This document shows, piece by piece, positions 56,403 through 64,000 of a stretch of 64,000 bases of DNA. Origin of the DNA: Naegleria gruberi (lineage: Eukaryota). A model generated the notes under the pieces. That model saw only the letters and a list, made by a program, of their open reading frames with translations. It was not told the DNA's origin and made no database searches. Positions within the stretch are counted from its first letter, which is position 1; each line of letters starts with the position of its first letter. The DNA lies in assembly GCA_000004985.1 (NCBI GenBank), contig GG738862.1, one strand, 5' to 3'. Position numbers and translations under genes: made by a program.

Positions 56403-56520
56403 AGACTACAGCACCACAGGTTCCCAAGTTGTCTCCAACCTCAGTACTGATGTAGCTCGACGATGCTTAACTTCTCAAATCGGACGGGATGAGGTGCATT
56501 CATCGTGATATGGCCGTAGC
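56403..56520 (-). rRNA. 5S ribosomal RNA, copy 3 (1 substitution relative to copies 1 and 2)
   Basis: Same 118-nt sequence, with GATGTAGCTCGAC in place of GATGTGGCTCGAC. The upstream TTCAAAATGTTAAACT element is conserved. Confidence 0.9.
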
Positions 56521-56744
56521 CATTCATTACTTCAAAATGTTAAACTTCAATCTATCATCAAACGAAGTTCTGAATAACAAGATTTTCGATGAAATCACTT
56601 GATTCATCTTTTGATATTTGTAACAAATTATATTAACTAATAATTTACATAATTGTTTGCCTTAACTCCCAAATGGACTTTGCTTTACAATTAGCCATTA
56701 AAAAAACTCCGACAGATGTCCTCTTAAAATAAAAATAAAAATAT

Positions 56745-58539
56745 TTGAATTTAAAAAAAATGAACAAACAAATACTGGGCCTTGCTCTCACGCTCTTGCT
56801 CTGTATTTCTTGTAGCGTATTTGCTTTGGACGCAACCGTTTACTATCAAAATGGTAAATATGTTGTTAAAAACGGATATGATTTGCAATCTGGTATTGCC
56901 GCAGCACATTATGATGATAGTTTTGAAGCTAAAGGATGGGATGTTCTCTCTATCGAAACTAATCACTTGACCAAGGATGATATGCAAAGTTATGGTGCTG
57001 GTTATTTGGAAGGTGTATTGACTAGAAAGAGAATTTATAATCACTATGTCAATATGCACACTTATTCATGGGCCAGTACTCCTGATAAGAAAATGCCACA
57101 ATATGTGAGAGATTTCTTTGAATCTCAACGTGCTTGGGTCAGAGATTCATCTGCCAAGTATGCCAACGATCCTTTCTGGCAACAAATCAAGACCGTTTAC
57201 TTGCAAATGGAAGGTCTCGTTCAAGGTTACAATGATGCTACTACTGATGCTTCCGAAAAAATTGATTATGCTAGCATGCAAGTTATGAGCTCTTTTGGTG
57301 ACATTTTCGATATTCTCAATGTCAAGAAGGATTTCAGACCAAACTTTAACAAGATGACTCCTGCTCAAGTTATTCAATTCGCTCAAGACAATGGTCACTG
57401 TTCTGCCTTGTTCAAGGTTACTCCAGATTTCAGTAATATCTACTTTGGACACACATCTTGGTTTACGTTTAGGTAGAGTTTCGTTTGTTTTTGACATTTT
57501 TTGTTATCTAACCATGTGCATTTTGTTAATATTTTACTGTTTATGTCACTTTTCACTTTTTAATTGAATTTTCACACATTCAGTGCTATGACGTAAGTTT
57601 CCTATTGCTGTTTTCTAACCATTAATCTCACGTTAAATTTTCAGTCGTATCTACAAGACTTACACTTTCAACTTCAACAGCAGATTGGTTGCTTCACCAA
57701 AGGTTACTTTCTCAAGTTACCCAGCTAATCTTGCTTCTAATGATGATTTTTACATTACTCAAAGTGGATTGGTTGTTATTGAAACATCTAACAATATTTT
57801 CAATACTTCTCTCTATGATTTGGTTAAGCCACAATCATTGCTCTGTTGGCAAAGAGTTATTTTGGCTAACAGACTTGCTGATGATGCTCCTTCTTGGAAT
57901 GATATCTTCTCTGAATATAACTCTGGTACTTACAATAACCAATTCATGGTTTTGGATACTAAGAAATTCGTTCCAGGTCAACCACTTGCCAAGAACTTGT
58001 TCTGGGTTGTTGAACAAATTCCAGGTAAGGTCGTTGGTGGTGACCAAACTGAAGTTCTTAGCTATGGTTATTGGCCAAGTTACAATGTTCCATTCTATCC
58101 AGAAGTTTTCACCATTTCTGGATATCCTGAAATTTTGAAGAAACCAAATGCTTCTGATATGTTGTCATACGAAACTTGTGTCAGAGCTAACATCTTCAGA
58201 AGAGATCAATATAAGGTCAACTCAATTGATGGAATGAAGAACATACTTAGATATAACAATTGGAAGTATGATCCACTTTCTCTTGGACAACCTGGATACG
58301 CAATTGCTTCTCGTAACGATTTGTCTCCAACTGCTACTGATGCTACAAGAAGCTGCAGTGGTGGTTATGATACTAAGGTTTCCTCAATTCTCGACATTAA
58401 CACTGTCCATATTATCAATGGTCCAACCAGTGTTGATCAACCAGTCTTTGCTTGGAATGGTCAATGCCCTGCCAAGTTCAGCCATGTTGGTTTGAAGCAA
58501 TCTTTCAAATATGATTGGATGACTGTTAAATGGAATTAA
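56745..58539 (+). CDS. Phospholipase B-like (Ntn-hydrolase, PLBD family) secreted protein; join(56745..57472,57584..57592,57645..58539) with a 9-nt micro-exon; introns 57473..57583 and 57593..57644
   Basis: Signal peptide. GHCSALFKV contains the N-terminal nucleophile Cys motif. Splicing through the micro-exon TGCTATGAC yields …TSWFTF-SAM-TRIYKTY…, restoring the family motif S/A-A-M-x-R-I/V-Y-K. Unspliced reading hits a stop. Confidence 0.75.
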
Positions 58540-58617
58540 ATTTTTGATAATTAATTATGATTACAATCTCTTTATTGGTGGTGTAACCTTGAAAAAGATT
58601 GAAAAAATCAGCAACAC

Positions 58618-61600
58618 ATGACTGCAAACATCAACAAGCTTCAGTGCTGGCGGTCTTACTTGTTGATTCTTCTCTCTGTTATCCTTCTCGTTGGTGATGC
58701 ATCACCATTATCTTCATCAGCCCACTCAACATATGTTCGCTATCAGTTTGAAACTCTTGCCGGAAACCTTCAACCAGTTTTTTCTCTGTCATTCAAACAA
58801 ATTCAACAATCCAAAGTCAATCCTGATATTCTCTTCATAGTGTCTGCAAGTGATTCTCTTTACAAGTACAATCAAACAAGTGGAGAAAGGAACCTACTGG
58901 TCGGATGTGATGTGTTATCCTATAACTTGTGCATTAAAGAATCAATGGTAACCAACATTTCCCATCTGGCAACATCTGTTTCTATCTACATTACTGGATT
59001 TCATGTGATGGTTTCTTCTAATGAACAAGTAATTTATATTAGCACCGACCATCAATTGTTTCGAATGGAAAATAAGAATATTACACTCCTTTCGGCAATG
59101 TGGTCGACTAGTGATGAAAATCCAAACTTGGATGGAATGCATATTTCGGATAGTTGGTTTAGGTTTTTAAAATCAGTTGTTGTTGATGAAGATGAGAAGA
59201 CTTTATATCTTGCAGATGGACAAGTTATTAGAAAGTTGGATGTGGAAACTGGTATTTTAAAGTCCATCACAACAACAGGAGATGACCCAGTATCTAAGTT
59301 TGATGGACCTGCCAATCAGACTGTTCTTAAACTGCCACAAAAACTACTCCTTCATAATGGATTTCTTTATGGAAATGATGCATTTTCACTTTTTAAAATT
59401 AATATTCAAAGTGGATGGTTGACAGTAATAACTGGCACGATCAATTATATATTAGGTGTTAATTTTCCAGCTCCAAAATCAGGTGATAATGCTAAAAATT
59501 CAACACTTTTATCAATTCGTGGATTTCACATTATGGAGGATGATTCCATTCTAATAATTTCTGGAAATACTTTTTATCAGATCGATCAAAAAAGTGGATT
59601 ACTAACTATACTTTACAATTTTGAAGAAGCTATCTTTTTGGCAACACCCAATTTGGTATTTTCATTACAAAAGGTTTACAAATTAAATAGATTGAATTGG
59701 TCTATGGAAACAATTATAGATTCACATATTGGGGCCATTACGGATGGTTCAATAGCAAAGAATAGAAAATTCTTTGACATTTCAGCACTGACAATGAACG
59801 AAACCACTGGGGATTTACTATTTTCTGATTCATTGTCAAATTACAATCTTTACAAAGTTGATAAGGATGGAAGGTTTTTCACAGTGAATTTACAAATGTC
59901 AAACGTATCTTGTTGGAATTCCTCTATCAGAACTGATAGCTCTTTAACATTCAATCCAGTCTCTTTCCAATTGAGAAACTCTACTTTATATGTTGCCAAT
60001 TCTGGAATGCACAGTTCAATCCAAAAATTTGATCTATCTCAACAAGGATCAAGTTGCTTCTATTCAGGATCAATTTCAAGTGATAGACTTTTGCAACAAG
60101 GGAGTGGACTATCCATGTTGGTTAATAACCCTACTGGATTATATTGTAATATCAATTCTGACGAGATATTTGTTGCCGACACTGAAAACCACAGAATTCT
60201 CAAATATATTTCACATAATCTAGTTCAAGTAATTGCAGGTACTGGAAAGCAAGGTTTTTCAGGAGATGGTGGCTTAGCCATTCATGCTCAACTGAATAGA
60301 CCTCACTCAATTTCCTACGATCGTTCCAATAGAGATCTTTACATTGCAGGTATGTCATTCATTTTCATTATTTTAACATTCATAAAGATTCTGGAAATCA
60401 CAGAATTCGAAAGATTTCTTCTGATGGAACTATTTCTACAATTTTAGGAACTGGCTCGGGTGGATTTAATGGAGATGGTCTCCCTCCATTACAAACGCAA
60501 ATTAATTTCCCTAAAGGTGTTACTTACTCACCCTTTCTGGGAATTGCAATTTCTGATACCTATAACCATAGAGTGAGATTATTTAGAGAAGGAAATGTGA
60601 GCACAATATTGGGAACTGGAACATCTGGAATGAAAGTAGTGGAGGATAATCCAACAGAGACAGAGATTATTTCACCTTTTGGTCTGGTTTGGGCTGAATC
60701 AACTTCATCCCTTTACATAGCTGGTAAGTTTCGAATTTTAGTCGAACATTGACAAATTGTTTCAGATCAATTCAATCACAGAATATTACATCTCCAATAT
60801 CTATATGGTAGTGTAGCAATCATTGCAGGAACCAATTTACCTGGATATAATGGAGATGGCATGAAAGCTAACTTAGCCAAACTATTTCTTCCAAGTTCTG
60901 TAGTTTTGGCTCCTGACAATACAATTCTAATTGCAGACACTTACAATAATTTAATAAGGAAAATTAGTAATGGAATAATTTCTTCATTTGAAACAAAAAT
61001 TGGTCTTGGTCAATCCTATCAAATCAAACAACCGATTGGGTTGTGTTTAACATTATCTGGACCTTTTGTGACAACTGAAAATGCCGTTACCTCATTAAGT
61101 TCAGGCTATACCTCCAACATAATTGGAGGAAATGGAGATGGAATGAATGTTTATTATGCAGATGTTAATCCAACAAGAATGATACTCTCTCCATTTGGAA
61201 ATGAAGGATCAATGATATTTTCAGAATCGAATTCGAATAGAATAAGATATGTCGACAGTAATGGAATCATTTCAACCATTGTTGGTTGTGGAGTATTTGG
61301 ATATATGGGTGATAAATATCCTTCTCAATTTGCCTTTCTTGCTTCACCTACTGGTATAGCACTGAATCCAATAACAAATGATTTAATTTTCTGCGATACC
61401 TCCAATAATCGTATTAGAATAGCTTCTATAAATGAATTAAACGTAGTTGATACGATTGCTGGAACAGGAAATAGCGCATATGATTCAGAAGTATCAGATC
61501 CCTTACTCTCACCACTCAATAAGCCAAGAGTGGTTGCCACATTTAGCAATGGTGACATTGTCATTGGAGACACTTTAAATAATCTATTCAAGATGATTTC

Positions 61601-63431
61601 AAGGAGAGACGGAAAAATTAGAGCCATTGGTATGGGATTTGCAACTGACATGTACGTCACTAAGGATAACATTATCATCTTTTCATCAAGGGAAGAACTT
61701 ATCAAGATGGTTCCTTATTGTGATCTTGGCTATCAATTAGTTGAGAAAAATACCGACTGCATTCCAGTATGTTTTGGATTGACTGGAAATTTGACATGTA
61801 CTAGAAATGGAGAATGCACCTTACCAAATACTTGTAAATGCTCACCTGATTTCACTGGAAAAGCGTGCGAAATTCCAATTTGTTTTGGTTTACCATCCAA
61901 TTCTTCTAATGTTTGTAATAATGGAAATGGAACCTGTGTGTCACCAAATAAGTGCGTTTGTAATGATGGGTTTTATGGAGATCAGTGTCAATATCCTCTT
62001 TGTTTCTCATCATTAATAGAGGAATCATGTGGTGGAATTAATAGAGGAAGGTGTGTCCATAGAAATAAGTGTGAATGTAAGGATAATTTCACAGGTAGAC
62101 AATGTGAATATAGATCTTGTCTTGGAAAGAGTGAAGTTGACCAAAAAGTTTGCAATGGAAATGGTAGGTGTGGATCTGCAGGAAAATGCGAATGTAATTT
62201 GGGTTATTCTGGAGCAGATTGTTCTGATTTGACTCAAGTCTATGCAGTGAGCATCACAGCTGCTGTCATCTTATTAATTTTGATTATTCTAATTCTTGTT
62301 TCTTCTATTTTAGGATGGTTTTTATATAAGAGAAACAGGAGAGATCGAAAGATTATTGAAACAGAACTCTCTCTTGATGAAAGACTCTTGGCAACTACAG
62401 ATCTTGAGCTCTCCCAATTCAGCACAAGTGTTGGTTCAGGATCTCAATCATCCTCAGATGATTCTCCTTCATTTGTCATTCCACTTCACAAGCTAGGAAT
62501 GGATAAGCCAATTCGTAGATTGGGAGAAGGAGGCATGGGAAGCGTATTCATGACCAAATATAATGGAATGATTGTTGCTGTCAAGGTTTTTGATTTGAAT
62601 AATTTCAATATTTCAGAGGAAGATTTTAGAAATGAAGCCATTTTACTAAGTAGAATCAGACACCCAAATATTATAACTTTCTATGGAGTTTCTTCATCTC
62701 CTACGAAACGTTTTATAGTAATGGAATGTTTGGATCAGAGCTTGGAAAAGTTTATTTCTAAATTGGAAACTAAACTAATCAATCTTTCATTAGACCAAAA
62801 ATTGAAAATGTTATTGAATATTGCTAATGGAATTGAATATCTACATACAATGCAACCTAGAAAGATTATTCACCGTGACTTGAAACCTCAAAATATCCTT
62901 CTAGATTCGAATGGAAATTGTAAAGTTTGCGATTTTGGATTAAGCAAATCCATTTCACAAGGAACTATCTCAACAATCACTAATCAATTAGGTACTTTTT
63001 ATTATATGAGCCCAGAAATGTTTGATATTGAAGCTGTCGATCCTACTTACGCTACTGCAATTGACATTTACAGTTTCAGTATTATTGGATGGCAATTATT
63101 ATTCGAAAGCAAAGATCCTTACGTTTACAATAGTCAAGAAGTAGCTAGAAAGTTGAGCTCCAAACTACTCGAACATGTAACCTCCTACCAATTGACCAAG
63201 TTAATTTGTGAAAACAATCACAGACCTGCCATTCCATTCAATTCTCTCAAATCATGTCGTGAATGGTGTTTGGAATTTTTACCCACAACTGAACAAGAAA
63301 ATTATTCAATAGTATTCAAGTTATGCCAACTCATCAAACAATGTTGGCAAGGAAATCCAAAACTTCGACCAAGCATTGAACAAATTGTTGAACAATTACA
63401 AACCTTAGAACAAGAATTTAACAAGATTTAA
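58618..63431 (+). CDS. Receptor-type protein kinase: signal peptide, large extracellular region with NHL-type repeats, 5 tenascin/laminin-type EGF repeats, TM helix and cytoplasmic TKL-like kinase; join(58618..60349,60388..60723,60766..63431), introns of 38 and 42 nt
   Basis: Signal peptide MTANINKLQCWRSYLLILLSVILLVG. NHL-like repeats (…DTENHRILKY…, DSGNHRIRKI…, DTYNHRVRLF…, DQFNHRILHL…). EGF repeats CxCxxGFxGxxC ×5. TM AVSITAAVILLILIILILV. Kinase motifs GEGGMGSV, VAVK, HRDLKPQN, DFG and SPE. Both introns begin GTATGT or GTAAGT and keep the NHL repeat in frame. Confidence 0.75.
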
Positions 63432-63682
63432 CATGCAAGATTGGAATACTACTAATAGTATTTAAATAAAAATGTATGATGAATTCAATGTTTAATTTAT
63501 ACAATATGAAGTTTACAATTGGTGTGTTTGAAAGATTCGAATGGTAACACCTCAAAATCTGAACAAGGTTATTTAAAGATTTACAATTGTACTTAATGAG
63601 AAATTAGTTTATTTGAATTGTAACCTTCTATTCCAAACATAAATGAAACCAAACGAGAATTGAATATTTTCAAGATAAAAAA

Positions 63683-63976
63683 ATGTCAGATAGACGTTTC
63701 ATTGATATTAGTTTCTTTGGTACTCAACCAAAATCACAAAGAAGTTTCTGCTCGTTCACTGTTGAACATTCGAATAGTGCTCTTCCACATGAAGAGCTTT
63801 TGAAATTGTTGGGCACTGAATCAGATTTTTACCTTGGTTACATCGTAACAGATGTTTATGATGGAAATACTGGTGCTTTACTTTTCGATATTTTCAATTC
63901 TGAAGGTGGATCTTCAGAAAAACGGCCTTCATTAGTATCAAATCTGAAATTTTGTTTCAATTCTTGTGGAGATTGA
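63683..63976 (+). CDS. Hypothetical small protein (97 aa)
   Basis: ORF with ATG after an A-run. No family recognised. Confidence 0.35.
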   Translation: MSDRRFIDISFFGTQPKSQRSFCSFTVEHSNSALPHEELLKLLGTESDFYLGYIVTDVYDGNTGALLFDIFNSEGGSSEKRPSLVSNLKFCFNSCGD

Positions 63977-64000
63977 AAATTCAATTTCAACATTGATAAA

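Noticed and set aside
1-64000. Prokaryotic-style annotation (operons, RBS, CRISPR, defence islands)
   Set aside because: The window contains spliceosomal introns with GTAAGT/GTATGT donors, a eukaryotic-type 5S, ubiquitin, centrin, a Myb factor and ABCC and receptor-kinase architectures. It is a eukaryotic nuclear locus. The tryptophanase is an intron-containing HGT gene rather than part of a bacterial operon.

Overview
The window reads as eukaryotic nuclear DNA, AT-rich (GC roughly one third) and gene-dense, with about 30 protein-coding genes in 64 kb, most of them single-exon.

- **Introns.** Resolved introns are GT-AG and short, 38–111 nt, with GTAAGT, GTATGT or GTTTGT donors. One gene carries a 9-nt micro-exon.
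- **RNA genes.** Three dispersed, near-identical 5S rRNA genes lie on the minus strand with conserved flanks. There is an intact tRNA-Gln(UUG) and an intact tRNA-Ile(AAU), plus two truncated tRNA 5' fragments.
- **Recognisable proteins.** RNase H2 subunit A, centrin, a Myb/SANT factor, a 3'-5' exonuclease with a KH domain, an ABCC-type ABC transporter, phospholipase-B-like, an endonuclease/exonuclease/phosphatase (EEP) family protein, a BTB/KCTD-like protein and a periplasmic-binding-protein/iGluR-like secreted protein.
- **Repeated family.** Several F-box-like proteins fused to RNI-type LRRs form a small paralog family, one with an internal 288-bp higher-order tandem repeat.
- **Unusual genes.** An intron-bearing tryptophanase of bacterial type is interrupted by a single in-frame TGA. 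A 1619-aa protein is built from about eight tandem ADF-H/coactosin domains. There is a divergent di-ubiquitin, a secreted protein with collagen-like Gly-X-Y repeats, and a receptor-type kinase with NHL repeats, EGF repeats, a transmembrane segment and a kinase domain.
- **Absent.** No prokaryotic operons, CRISPR arrays or clear transposons are seen.
- **Lineage.** The 5S sequence (GGTTGGAGACAAC motif), coactosin and PLB-like content and the poly-Q/N proteins suggest an amoebozoan-like protist. This is inference only.

Product calls rest on motif and family recall from the translated ORFs, not on searches.
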